From Microbotryum violaceum (Eukaryota): a stretch of DNA of 64,000 nucleotides. A program made the position numbers and the translations under genes. Below, one piece after another: positions 1 through 12,353 of the stretch (within the stretch, counting starts at the first letter, position 1; the number at the start of each line of letters is the position of its first letter). The stretch spans positions 2,356,001 through 2,420,000 of the forward strand of contig CDLV01000006.1 of NCBI GenBank assembly GCA_001244265.2. The letters are read 5' to 3'. The notes beneath the pieces were generated by a model. That model did not search any database and was not told where the DNA came from. It saw only the letters and a list, made by a program, of their open reading frames with translations.

Positions 1-341
1 TGGCCCGCCTGACGCGCCAATGTACGCTCGCTCGATTAGTGATCGCCAATCTGTCTCGCGCGCACGCGGTGGGCGTGCGGGGCGTGAGCGAAAGGTGAAC
101 CACTCCGAGGATCTGGGGAGCTTCCTTCCATGGACTAGGAAACACGGATCTGACGCGTAGGAGCGGCAGATAGAAAATGACGAGAGTGATATTCAAAAAG
201 ACATGCTTGGAATGCGAAACGAAACAAGCTATGCTAAGTGAGAAGTGCAAAAGGTTGAAGAGGAAACTGAATGGTTAAAAATGCCGAAAAGACGATACTG
301 ATTCGATTCGGGATCCAAGAAGACTGCTTCCAAACACTCTA

Positions 342-3300
342 TCATGAATCGGGCTGCTCCCTCGTCGACATGAGGAACGAAGCAGGGACTTGGATCGTAT
401 CCGAGAAGACACGTTTGTGCGACATGCGTCGTTCCAAAGGGGTCTGCAAATTCCCAAACGAAAGTCGCTTGCCCGCACCGAGACTCGTACCGGTCGATAG
501 CTCATCCTCGGGTAGTGAATCCATCATGGGTAAGTTGGTCTCGGTCGCTGGCGAGTGTGACGCCGTTAGGTCGGTCGAAAGCCCGTCGGAGAAGACGAAT
601 CGACTAAGGATGCCTTTCAACCTGCTCGCTGAATCCGAGCGGGGCAACGTCGGCTTGGAGAATGTAGGTAATCCGATCGGCTTCGTCGTCGTCGTAGGTG
701 ACACTCGAGCCCCGTCCGAGTCCACTGACAGAACTTGAGGGCGATCGTTCGTGCGGTTCGAGCCAGGAAGGGGGAGGACGAAAGAGGTTTGTGGTTGAGG
801 TGAGAAGATCTCGCGTCCTGCCTCGGGCGTCAAGGTCTCGTCGAATGTCCCGTCAATGTGAATCGCCTCTGTTAATCGACCCAGGCTGCTCGAGTTCTGA
901 TCATCAATCTCCTGCTGGATCGCCATGGGCGGTCGTGCAGAAGCGAATGTCTCATTGCTTCCGAGAGGCAAAACGGTTGTCTTCGCCGATGTCTGGGCAA
1001 CGATTTGCGAGTCGATCGTCTCCGGTGTCGAGAGGTGTGATCCCGACGTCAAAGAACCATGACTCGAAATTGGGGTTTTGGGACTACTCGTACTCTCGAC
1101 CTGCTTCGAGGTCCAGGGTGCCAACTTGGCCTCGGCCACGGCGCGCTCCTCCGCATAGTCAGGGAACGGTGGCTCTTCCTCTTCGTCCCTCACGCCCGCG
1201 TCGCCCCGTAATGCACGCTCATATCCCACGAGTTGGAAGACGAGACCCAGATTTGGTCCAACCCATTCCGACTTTTCCTTGACGAAAGAGTAGGTATCGT
1301 GCATGCCCGTACACCCAGCGAGTTCGGGAAGGTGTCGACCTTCCTCGAGCGCCCGAGCCGCTTCCCGCATGCAGTACGCGATGACGACCGTCGCACTACG
1401 CGATACGCCGCATTGGCAATGCACCAGCACTCGGCCCTTGCCGCCGTCGGTAGCTCGAGCTCGATCAAGGAAGTCGAAGGCGTCTTGGAACTTGCGTGCC
1501 TCCACCAGGTCGGACTCGTCGTGACCCCACTGCGATGCACGAACAGGTCACGTCAGCTCAAAGCCCTTGGTAATAGCGCGCACATACATACCCGAGACCT
1601 ACCTTGAGCCATAGATAATCAATCTCGGGTCGACCTGATGTCGGATTCGCGGGAAACTTGATCGACCCATCGGGCGCCGCATCGATGTCCATCTGCGACT
1701 TTCGACGCAATCGCGGTGAGCCACGACGCAAGGAGGGTGACGTGGCTGGTGTGAGAAGGCCAAGAGGTGTGGCAGCGACAGAGGGGTCGACGAATGGTGT
1801 CGGGAGATCGGCATTGGGTGGGGAGACGGTGGAAGCGGTAAAGATGGATTGAAGATTAGGCGTCGACACCGTCGGTCGAACAAAGCCTGGCCGAGCGGGG
1901 AGGCTCGGTTCGGGAACGACGATCACGCCCTGGGTCTTTGTCCGCCGGTGGGACGACTTGCTACGGGCAGGCTGGGGCGCATCTACTCCTGTGGTCGAAG
2001 TCGAAGCGCGGGGTGTCGTCTCCTCACTCGGCGTCCGAGACAAAGAGAAGGTCGGTGGCGGCAACAATGCTCTCTCCTCGTCAACGAACTTGACCGAAGC
2101 GCCCGAGCTCCGTCGCTCGAGGGGTGGCGCGACCAGCGCGGCATCCTCGACCCATGGACAATCGACCTCTTTCGCGACGTTCAAGACAAATCCAAAGCCC
2201 CACTTGGCCAAGACGGCCGGATCGCGCGCGTTCTGCTCACTCCCCAAATAGATACCTGGCACGATTTCACGAGGGCCGAGGGCGTAGGGGTACTCCTCTC
2301 CTGGCTCGTCACCATTGACGCCTCTCCGTTCCGTGTCGTTCTTCCTCAGAAGCTGTACAGTCGAAATCGATGACGGAGAAGAGGTCGAGGTATTGGCGCT
2401 CTGACCTACCGAGACCGACAACGAAGACGATGAAGGAACACTCCCAATACCCTTGGGCACAATGAACAGAGGTTTCGGGCCCGAAGCCGCCCCCGGTCCA
2501 CCGAGTTGAAGTCGAGGGATCGACGTCCTGCGCTTCATATTCCGCCCTCCTCGCATTTGTTCTCGCATCTCGTCGGCCTGCTGCTTCATCGCCAGTCGAT
2601 CGGCGAGCATCAACCGACCGATCGTCCGATCCTCCTGCTCCGCGCCTTCGGGGCCAATAAAGGACTGCAACGATACGCCTGGGGTCGGAGGTAAAGACCG
2701 TGTTTCGGCCTCGTCATCTTCAGAGGCTTCGGGGAGAGATAGAGGCCCGAATGTGACGGTCTCAAGTGGGCTGAGCGGTGAGAGTGCTCCCGATGCGGCT
2801 GTTGAAGATGCGCCGGGGACGAGGAGCGAAAGCCGCTTCTTGTTGAGCATCCGCCTCGCGGCAAGCCCCCCCCCAGGGCTCGGTGGCCCAGGAGGCAATG
2901 AGAAACTTTTCGGTACAGCGATAGAGGTCGACTCGGCAGGGGTTCCACGCGTAGGAAGCGAGACGGTGGGTTCGATCGGATCCGCGCCGATAGCCGGCGA
3001 AGCGGGTTGAACGAACAGGCTCGGCGCAGCGTCATCGTTCATCGCATTGGGTTGGAACGCATTTCCGATGACTCGATGTCGTGTTCTGAAAGCTGCTAAT
3101 CCAAGATCGAGGGCCAACGGAGCACGCGGTGATGTCGACGCCGATGATAATGCTATCCGGCTGGGAGAAGTTGGCGCGCTGAGCCTGGATCCGGACAAAG
3201 GCGAGTTCTTGAGCGTCGGCGAGGCGTGTCGCTCCGGACTACCGCCATTGGTGTCGATCGCTCCGACGCGAGGGGAGAGCGAAGGAGGGGTGGTGGGGGC

Positions 3301-3789
3301 GAATGTTGTTCTCGTAGGAGAGCTTGTGGGTGTGCGCCGCGACATGGTCGAACTCGGTGCGGTGGTGGCAGCGGCGTTGAGGGTCGTCACGGGAAAACGA
3401 GGCAGGACGCGTAGAGCCGGAGGCGTGTTGGTAGAGACCTGGGTGCGATGCGCGGGATGAGCATACAGTATAATGATGATGATGAACAAGTCTGTCAGCC
3501 AACATGAAACGTTCGGACAAATCTCGGAACAAAGGGCGCGGGGAAGGCCACTGACCTGAGTTCGTTTGGTGATGTTCTGCGGTGACGAGGGTTGACTCGG
3601 AGGCGCTCGACGCTTGTTGCACAGTAGATTGGGTGGAGGTGGGCTCGGCAGAGGTCTGGGTCCCGCACTTGATGCTAAGTTGTCGAGCAAGGCTGCCGAA
3701 TCCGTGATCGAGCTCGGGATCGGGGTTGAGAGGCTACACGTCGAGGACGGCGGTATGTGTGTCGCGTACCTCGATGGCGCAGAGTGCAT
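342..3789 (-). CDS. Dual-specificity protein phosphatase, Msg5/Pmp1/Rok1-like MAPK phosphatase (spliced)
   Basis: Catalytic motif VLVHCQCGVSRSATVVIAY in ORF 342-1505. N-terminal half of the DSP domain (YPYALGPREIVPGIYLGSE...FVLNVAKEV) and a docking-like KKRLSLLV in ORF 1558-3789. The two are joined by a GT-AG intron (WLK|WGHDESDL). Start codon uncertain. Confidence 0.85.
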
Positions 3790-4411
3790 ACAGGACGAGA
3801 CCCGCGAGCTGTCAAATCGAGGAAATCGAGTGCCCGAGGAGTTGGTCCGAGCCGAGGTGGCGCTGAGGCGATGTGGGATGGCGTCGGTGTCGTCGTCGTC
3901 GTCGTCGCGCGGACGAGGTCGTGCACGCGCTCGATAAATAGGAGAGAAACCGAAAGCAAGCCCCGTACGACGTTCTTGACGGTCCGAGTGTCAATTACCG
4001 AAGGACTCGGTCAGAACGCTCCACCAAGACGTGTTCGCCCGGATCGGATCCACTCGAGTTGTCGTGCTAGAACGGCGGCGATGATTGCTGCTTATTCAGG
4101 AACGCGACGTCAGCTCGACCGACTCGGTGTGGCACGCCTCCAGCTGGTAGGGAGGGGGACCTGTGACGACTCGGCTTTGTCCAAGCACGCTTGAACGCAC
4201 GACCAGCCAAGCACACGCGATTCCTTTTTGTTTGTCCCAAGAGGAGACGAGTTTTTCCGTTGTAGAAGGGCGGCGATCGTGGCTTGCACACGAGCTCGAG
4301 CGAGCCAGCGGTGGGGTGGAGATGGAGCGAACGAGCAACGACTGGTCGCGTCAGCAGAGCCTCAAGCCGCGCCCAGCAAGCATCCGCATATCCGCCAGCA
4401 AGGCCCTGGGC

Positions 4412-4779
4412 TATGAGGAGCAGCGCAGTGAGCAAACGAAGATGCCGAGTAGAAGAGGATAGGGAACGTTCGAAATGTATTACACTAACCTATGAGGAGC
4501 AGCGCAGTGAGCAAACGAAGATGCCGAGTAGAAGAGGATAGGGAACGTTCGAAAATGTATTACGCTAACCTATGAGGAGCAGCGCAGTGAGCAAACGAAG
4601 ATGCCGAGTAGAAGAGGATAGGGAACGTTAAGGGAAAAGAGAGGGAGAGCCGCGCTAGTCGCTGCCTCGGGTAATCTAAGTCAGAATCTAAAGAGGTCCG
4701 AGCGCGCCCGAGTTCCCATCCCCCAATCTCCGTATGCTGGGGTTGAGAGCGCCCCTGCAATGTAGTGTACACGATGATA
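4412..4779 (-). repeat. 3' LTR: 209-bp core (4571-4779) plus two extra tandem 79/80-bp units (4412-4570)
   Basis: The core matches 8931-9139. The terminal 59 bp recur at 4412-4470 and 4491-4549, separated by near-identical 20/21-bp linkers. Confidence 0.95.
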
Positions 4780-4780
4780 A

Positions 4781-4791
4781 CCCCCCTCGCT
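4781..4791 (-). other. Polypurine tract of the retrotransposon
   Basis: Minus-strand AGCGAGGGGGG lies between the RNase H stop (4793-4795) and the 3' LTR. Confidence 0.85.
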
Positions 4792-4792
4792 G

Positions 4793-7700
4793 TCAGGCTC
4801 CAGGCATTCGGAGGCCTAGACTTTCGCGGTGCCGTACAAAGAGCTTGGGGTCAAGGGCCTTGGTGAGGATGTCGGAGACCATGTCGGCTGTGGCAATGTA
4901 TTCAACCTTGATCTCACCCTTTTTGACCATCTCCCGCACAAAGTGCTCCCGGATGCGAACGTGACGAGTGCCTGAAAACGATGTCGGGTTGCGTGTCAAT
5001 GAATTCGCGCCTTGATTGTCGCCGTAGATCAAGGTGGGTCCCGAGTTCGGAATGCCGAGTTCCTCCAAGAGCTGCTGAAGGTGAATAGCCTCTTTGGAAG
5101 ACTGGGAGAGGGCAATGTACTCAGCGTCGGTGGTAGAATCAGCGACGCGGGACGACCGTTTCGAGCACCAGGAGATCGTTGCACCAGCCAGAAAATATGC
5201 ATAGCCCATCGTCGACTTGGACGTCCGAACGCATGCACCCCAATTCGAGTCGGAGTAGCCGTAGAGCGGACCGGGAGTAGGCGTGTAACGAAGACCGTAC
5301 GAGCTGTTCCTCGAATGTAGCGCAGAACGTGTTTGATCGCGGTCCAGTGCGTCGGTCCGGGCTCCTTGGCAAATCGTGCGAGATAGCTGACAGCGTAGGC
5401 AAGATCGGGACGAGTGCCGAGCGCGGCGTACATCAGGGAGCCGATTGCCTGAAGATAGCGAGTTCGCTCCTGGTCAGAAGGTGTCGATTGATCGAGCTCG
5501 AGGAGGAGATTCTTCTGCATCGGTGTGCTGGCGGGCTTGGCAAGAGCGAGGTCAAAAAGTTCGAGCACGTCCTGTAGGTAGCGCTCCTGAGAGAGGGTAA
5601 TGGAGCCGTCATCGCTACGTTTGAGTTGAATGCCAAGGACGTATTCCGCGTCGCCAAGTCGCTTGATTCCGTACATGTCCTCGAGTGTGGACAGAACCCG
5701 TGCGATCTCGTCGTCCGAGGGGCCAATGAGGAGCAAGTCGTCGACATAGAGCGCGATGTAGTGCCAATCGTTGCCGTGTCGCTTCGTGTAGACGCAGAGA
5801 TCCGAGACCGTGGGCTTGTAGCCGACAGAACGGAGGGTCGAGTCGATCTCGTCGTTCCAGATGCGTCCAGCCTGCTTGAGCCCGTAGATGGATCGTTTGA
5901 GCTTGAGAATCTTACCCGGCAAGTCGATGCCTTGCGGTGGTCGCATGTAGAGAGGCTGGTCGAGCTTGCCGTGCAGATAGGCCTTGTTGACGTCAGCTTG
6001 TTTGATCTTGTAGCCGCACAAGACGGCGATCGCGACGAGGGCTCGGATCGATGTAAAGCGAACAACGGGAGAATAACGCTCCTGAAAATCGAGGCCCGGG
6101 CGTTGAGTGCTGCCGTCAGCGACGAGACGAACCTTCCGCGATTTGACGTTGCCGAACTGATCACGCTTGGTGCGAAAGACGAAGTGGGAGCGTAGCAGCT
6201 TGGCACCGTCGGGCAGGGCGGCTTGGTCGAGAATGAAGTAGACCTTGTACTGGTTCAGCAGCGACGTAAACTCGTCGATGGCTTCGGTTTGCCACTCCGC
6301 GGCGTGTGGAGATCGCATCGCTTGGTGCCAGTGGGCCGGGTCGGCGTCGCGAGAAGGGAGCATGTCGAGTGGGGCTTCGGGTGAGGCGTTGTGGGCGGCG
6401 TAGAAGTTGGAGGTGTGACAGGAACGGCTAGTACCGAAGCTGGCGCCAGGACGGGGTGCAGCACGGTCGTAGGGGCGAGTGAGGGCGGTTCGGGCTCGCA
6501 GACTTGTCGCGCGGCGGCAGGGAACTCGGTCTCCACGAACGTGACGTTGCGACTGATGCGAAGACGCTGGGTGTCAGGATCGTATAATCGATACGCTTTG
6601 GCATGTTGGTCATAACCCACAAAGATCAGTGGGATCCCCTTTGGTTCTAGTTTGGTGCGTTCATGCTGTGGGACGGTGGCCCAGGCGCGGCAGCCGAACG
6701 TGCGCAGTCGTGAGAGGTCTTGGGGAATGCCGTGCCAGATCGCACCTGGTACACCGCCGTCGATCCCTGCGTGTGGCGTGAGGTTCTTGCAGTCGAGATA
6801 GTACTGCGTCGCTTCTTCCCAGAGGTGGGCCGGGAGACCGGAGTCGTGGAGCAGAGCCAAGACGCCCTCTACGATCGATCGATTAAGTCGCTCGGCGCGC
6901 CCGTTCTGTTCGGGCGTGTACGGCACCGACTTGTCGCGACGAATCCCTTGCTCGGCGCAAAACTTGTTGAAAGCAGTGTACTCGCCACCGTTGTCGGAAC
7001 GCAGTGTTTTGATCGTGGCCCCGGAGGCGTTCTCGACTTCGGCCTTCCAGCGCTGAAAGGCAACCAGTGCGTCGCTTTTGCGAAGGAGTGGGAAGGCCCA
7101 AGCTTTGCGCGAGAAGTCGTCGATGAAGGTGATCAGGTAGCGTCGGCCGCTCACGGAGGGCTCAGGGAAGATGAGTAGGTCCGAGTGAACCAGCCCGAGG
7201 GGAAGTGCAGCGTGAGACTCGGACATAGGGAAAGGTAGCTTGTGCGCCTTGGAAGCCATGCATGCATCACATTTGAAATCATTGCAATCATCGTCGCTAT
7301 AAGTCCACTCAATACTCTTCACCTGATCGCTTTTGGCCAGCTTCCTGAGGGTGGGAAGAGAGCAGTGACCAAGGCGGCGGTGAAGGGTCAGCAGTGAGAC
7401 CTTGGGGGTACGAGCGGCGATGAGAGCGGTGTGCGTACATAGATGGGCATCCAAGTGGAAGAGTCGGTCGGATTTGGCCGAACCCGTGCAGACGCGCTTA
7501 CCCCCCTGTCCAGCGAGACTCGTCCGTCTTCGGTGAATGAAGCCGTGATGCCGTCGTTGATGAGCGCGAATACGGAGATGAGATTCGCGGGACAGCCCGG
7601 AACGAAGAAGACGTTGGACAGGCGAATGCGATTGCCTGTTGAAGCGACGAGCTCGATAACACCCGTGCGGTGCGAAGAAAGCGCCCCCCCCTACGCCGCC

Positions 7701-8817
7701 AATCTGCACACGAGGAGTGTTGTGCAGCTCGACGAAGGCAGTTGAGTCGTTGACCATGTGGTGACTGGCGGCAGAGTCGAGGAGGAGGCTAGGCGAGTCC
7801 GACGTGACCGAGAGGAAAGAAGTAGCCGCGAAGGAGACGCTGGGGGCCGTCTCCGAGATCTCGCCGGGGTCGTCCGAGGCAACAGCGAGGCGAGCTTGAG
7901 CGGGCGGCTTGGCGTTCGCATTCTGCTTGGAGCGATTGGGCCGGGGCCTGGAGAAGAATCGCTTCTTTGCATCCTCATCGGTGCATCACGGAGCCAGTGC
8001 AGGGGGCCAGTCTTGCAAGCGGGGCACGGGCCGGGTGGGGTCCCCGACTTGTCCGAGTTCGAGACATACGCGGAAGGGCGTTTGTCGATAATGTTGTGCG
8101 CTGCAACACGCATCGATTTCATCGTCTCCTCGAGGGAAGGAAGCCTGTCCTTTCCCTGGTGCAGTTGAAGGAATGTCTCGCGCCAAGGATCGAGACCGTC
8201 GTTGAAGTTGGTACTGAAGAGGCGGGTGGCGACAAGCACTTGTTCAATGTCGAGGTTCCCTGACGAATCTCTCTGGCGAGATCGAGATCGTGGTTGAGGT
8301 GCTTGTCAAAATCGTCCTTGGAGGAAAGCGGAATCTGGGGCATCGATCAGAATCGCTGGATGAGTTTGGCGTACGCCTGGGCGTCCCGAGGCGAGTAGCG
8401 CTCCTTCAGAGTGATGTAGACTTGAGAGGGGGTGTCGTCTTCTTGGTAGACGTCTTGAATGGATGGGTGCAGCGAGTTGAAGAGGACGCTTCGTACGTAG
8501 TCCTTCCACTGGTCCTGAGTTGCGATGGACCATTCAGCGGGGAAGTTTCCCGTCTGTAGATACGAGAAGATGGGTGTGGGCACTAATGCTTTTAGTGCGC
8601 GATGCCACCGCGGGTAGGCTGCTTCGTCCTTCAGTCGGTTGACCGCCTCGAACGTGATCGACGTGGCAGCGGGGACACGCGGGACGGAGGCGGTCTTGGT
8701 GGTGGTGTCAGGGGGTGAGGACGAGGAAGAGCGGTTGTCACGACCATGAACGTCGAGGACTTGTTGGATAAGAGCCTTGATTTCCTCTGCAGTGGGTGCA
8801 GCAGAAGACGGCGACAT
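4793..8817 (-). pseudogene. Copia gag-pol polyprotein with a nonsense codon and several frameshifts
   Basis: Gag zinc knuckle [14 protein letters not shown](C). Protease [10 protein letters not shown]. Integrase LHRRLGH...[42 protein letters not shown] and YVDDLL. RNase [13 protein letters not shown]. Split over at least 6 ORFs, with TGA at 8347-8349. Confidence 0.95.
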
Positions 8818-8918
8818 GACGGCGCGGGCCAGCGGGGTTGGCCGGGTGGGTGAACGCTCGCGGTGGAAGGCGGTGAAGCTCGTCGAAGCTTGCGTGCTCT
8901 GAGCTGGTAGGTCGGTTG

Positions 8919-8930
8919 GGGCTCATAACC
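8919..8930 (-). other. Primer-binding site complementary to the anticodon arm of initiator tRNA-Met (Hemivirus, copia/Ty5-type half-tRNA priming)
   Basis: GGTTATGAGCCC follows the 5' LTR directly. Its complement GGGCUCAUAACC is the conserved tRNA-iMet anticodon stem-loop. Confidence 0.9.
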
Positions 8931-9139
8931 TATGAGGAGCAGCGCAGTGAGCAAACGAAGATGCCGAGTAGAAGAGGATAGGGAACGTTAAGGGAAAAGA
9001 GAGGGAGAGCCGCGCTAGTCGCTGCCTCGGGTAATCTAAGTCAGAATCTAAAGAGGTCCGAGCGCGCCCGAGTTCCCATCCCCCAATCTCCGTATGCTGG
9101 GGTTGAGAGCGCCCCTGCAATGTAGTGTACACGATGACA
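8931..9139 (-). repeat. 5' LTR (209 bp, TG...TA termini)
   Basis: Direct repeat of 4571-4779 with a single difference (9138 C vs 4778 T). Bounded by the TSD and the PBS. Confidence 0.97.
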
Positions 9140-9432
9140 TGGGCCAGGGGGGCCTCCTGCTGGCACTAACGACGCATGCACGTTGGCGCTAACGATCCAG
9201 GCTTACTCGATTAGGAGGCAGGGAGCCCACTTCGCTTCAGCGCGAGCTTATGGGCCACTGCAGCTTATCGAGGCAGTTCAAGTGTTGCACAACAATTGAA
9301 TAAATCGTCAAGAAGAAGGGAGACGATACCATGTCTATGACAGCTTCTAGCTGGCGGCGCACTTGTATGCTGATAAGAGAGACCCCTCACCCTGGGCCAC
9401 CTCTCAAGGGCACCACATCACTTCGTTCGTGA

Positions 9433-12353
9433 TTAGGCCATCTTGCCCTCGACCTTCTTCTCCAAACTTTCGACCGTCCTCTGCAACTCAGCGACCATCT
9501 TGATCAGATCCCTCAAAAGTCTGTCGTTCGAACCCGACTCCCTCGCAGGATCAAAAGTCGACGTCGCCCCGGGGAAAGGCATGGTATTGACCCTCATAGG
9601 CGTCGCATGCGCCGGAAGTCCGACTCCACTATGTCGTCGATGACGAGGATTTGCCAAGGTCGTCGAAGGTGGTCCTTCAACGGAATACGACATCATTCTC
9701 GCCAAAGGGGAATCGTATCGATTCGAAGCCGAAGTCGAGAGGGCCGACCCACCCGAAGTCGCTGAATCGAGCGCTCCTTCATCGGCCAAACTCGGCCTTT
9801 GACCTCGGCCTGAGGTCCCATAGGCGTTCAGGGGTAGACGTTCCTTGGTCGTCGAGCCATGGCGCTTGCGAGGCGACGCGGGAGGGGAAGATGAAGGAGG
9901 GGATTCGGTGAAGCGTACTTCAGTTCTCCGACCCTCCGTGCCGAGGACCACAGGGGTCGACCGAGCCGCGCGGCTCTCGTCCTCTTCTTCGGTTGGTGGA
10001 GTCGGGGCGCTCGACGATGCAACTCGACTTAGGGGGCGTCCGAGGGACCCGGAAGCTCGTGAACTCAGTCGTGGTCGGTCGTTCGCTCCATTGTTGCTCA
10101 AGCTGGCACGGTAATCGACGGCATCCTCTTCATCGCCCGGTAACGGCTCGTTGAGATCCTCGTCGTCCTCGACACCGTCAGGTGTGTACTCGAACACGGC
10201 CGCGCACTCCCAGTGCGCACCTTCGAGCAGAGAGATCTTCTCGCTCCATTTGGCTGGTAATGCACGCATGAAGCTCCCGCGGACTTCGTTCAGCGATCGG
10301 CGTAGCGGAGAGTTCGGCAGTGATTGACGCTCGTAGAATGCGATCGCGAGGAGGATGGGGAAAGAAGCGATACGTGTCGATGCAACATCTATAGTATCAC
10401 CACCAATATGTCAAGGAGGCCGAGGGGCAAAGAAGACTCAGATCTTTCAAAACTGACTGATTTTGTGGAACCACCGGGGATTTGTCACGTGCGATACGGG
10501 CCACATGATGAGCAAAGCAATGAGGTTGAGAGGTGGAACGTCTGCGAAGATGACGAAACTAATCAGTCTTTTACCTCTAGATCCAAGTGCAGATAATGTT
10601 TCGCTCACAATCGAAGAGAGAGTCGGCTTTGACACCTTCAAAGGTCAAGACCGCTTTTCGGAACATATCTTCAGCAGCCTGTAGACGACGCCATGCCACG
10701 AGTTGAATTAGACATTGTCTTAAGCATACCTGAAGTACTTCCGGGAGAAGACCTACAGCATCCGCAGCGATACTGGCGTACGTCCCAGACAGGATCGCCA
10801 CGAGCAACGAGACGAGCAGCGTGTTGCTCAAAGCGGCATAAATGACGATGATGACGGGACCCAAAATTGGATGAAACGTCGGTGAAGCATCAAGTCCAGA
10901 CCCATCGAGACCGAACCAAATGAAGATGAGCCATTCGGCAATACGAGCGATCGAATAAGCGCCGTCGCAGAGGTGGTTGAGGGCAAAGACGAAGCCGAGG
11001 AAACAAAAGACGGCGATGCCAAGCAGCCAAGCAAAGTCCGCGAGCATGGCGCGCAGACTGAGGATCAGGAGGTTGTTGGAGATGGAAGCGAACGCGAGCC
11101 TGCAGAGCGTGCGGATGATTCATCAGCAGTTGGCGTGATGAATGACTGTACGACCTCTTCGATGCTTGCCTGGGAAACATGAGGCAAGCCGCCGCGGAGA
11201 GCACAGCATAGGCTTGATCGCTAGCCCATGCCTCCTCGGTGAGGATGCTTCGAATCCGAAAGCCGAATGCAATGGCGTAAATTGGAATCCCCATCAAGTC
11301 GAGTCCGTTCGTGAGCCCAGCGGCGTAGATAGAGAAGCCGTGCTCGGCGACCGACGCGAGTTTGTCGAGCGAAAAGCCGAGAGCGTACAGGAAAAACCAC
11401 TTCTCGTGGATCGACAGCTTGGAAACGGGGATAGTCTCGTGACGGTTTTGCCTGTCCATGATGACGGCGATGAAGGATACAAACAAGACGACAAAGGCGG
11501 AAAAGTCGATCAAGGAGCGGTACTTGGGCACCCTCAGGCGATAGTGGTCCAGCACGGGAGCCTTGTCGAGGTTGTACAAGCTGATTTTTTGCACCTTCCA
11601 TCGATCGGGGAGGATGTCGATAAAACTCGAAGAGCTATAGGTGACACGGCCTTCCCAGATGGACGATATAACGCGCTGCGTCGCCTGACTCTTGATGAAG
11701 TTGCGCGCCTTGCCAAGGATCGCGAGTTCGAGCGCGGTCGTCTTGCCCACGCCTTCCACGACGTGGGCTTTGACGAAGCCTTCCTTTTGCTTGACTCGTT
11801 CCATGACCTAGTGCATATTCGACGAGCTATGATTAGTACCACCATGGGTTGTCACAGTCGTAAGCGTTCCCTTTCTCACCTCGGCCGAAGCCCCCTGAAA
11901 AGCGTGCAATCCACCGACGAGAGATTTCGACATGGCTAGCAACGAGTCGTTGCCCGGTTTGTCGCTACCTGCTTCTGCTTTCTGTCCCTCACGACGCAGT
12001 GCCCTGATGGCGAGCGTCTCGCACATGTTGGCGCGGGTAATGTTGAGCGACGAAGAAGCCAGTGCGGAATCGCGTTCGCGCAGGAACTGCAGCCGACAGA
12101 GCAGGAGGACGTAGACGAGCGCCGGGGTGTCGGCGTTGCGGACGAGCAGCTGGTCAAGCGGATCGGTGAACTCGAACATGACGTAGGCGGTGCGCATATA
12201 CTCTTCCGTCATGGGGAAATTGATGTAGTCGTCCACGAGGTTGTACGCATAGTGGATCATCTCGTACACGTTTAGCTGCGACAAGGACGGCTCCGTCTTG
12301 GCGGCGATCTTGCCCAGCAGCGGAGTCGTGTCGGATAAACCCATGTCGGGCAT
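9433..12353 (-). CDS. Yvc1/TRPY-like cation channel (multi-exon, includes a GC-AG intron at 11100-11169)
   Basis: ALELAI...A..FI.S...QRVISSIWEGRV, LDHYRLRVPKYR, several TM helices, pore-region WFGLDGSG and NTLLVSLLVAILS, and a C-terminal coiled coil. Confidence 0.8.

Larger units (their letters stand above)
4412..9139 (-). mobile_element. Ty1/copia LTR retrotransposon, full length, coding region disrupted
   Basis: 5-bp TSD TGGGC at 4407-4411 and 9140-9144. Two 209-bp LTR cores identical at 208/209 positions. PBS and PPT present. Domain order is gag, protease, integrase, RT, RNase H. Confidence 0.97.

Noticed and set aside
4412-4629. Repeat-spacer-repeat pattern resembling a CRISPR array
   Set aside because: The repeats are 59-bp LTR ends, the spacers are near-identical to each other, the context is eukaryotic and there are no cas genes.
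11142-11939. 265-aa plus-strand ORF, and similar long ORFs such as 5626-6195 and 47177-47923
   Set aside because: These are antisense shadows of real coding exons in GC-rich DNA, with no independent motifs.
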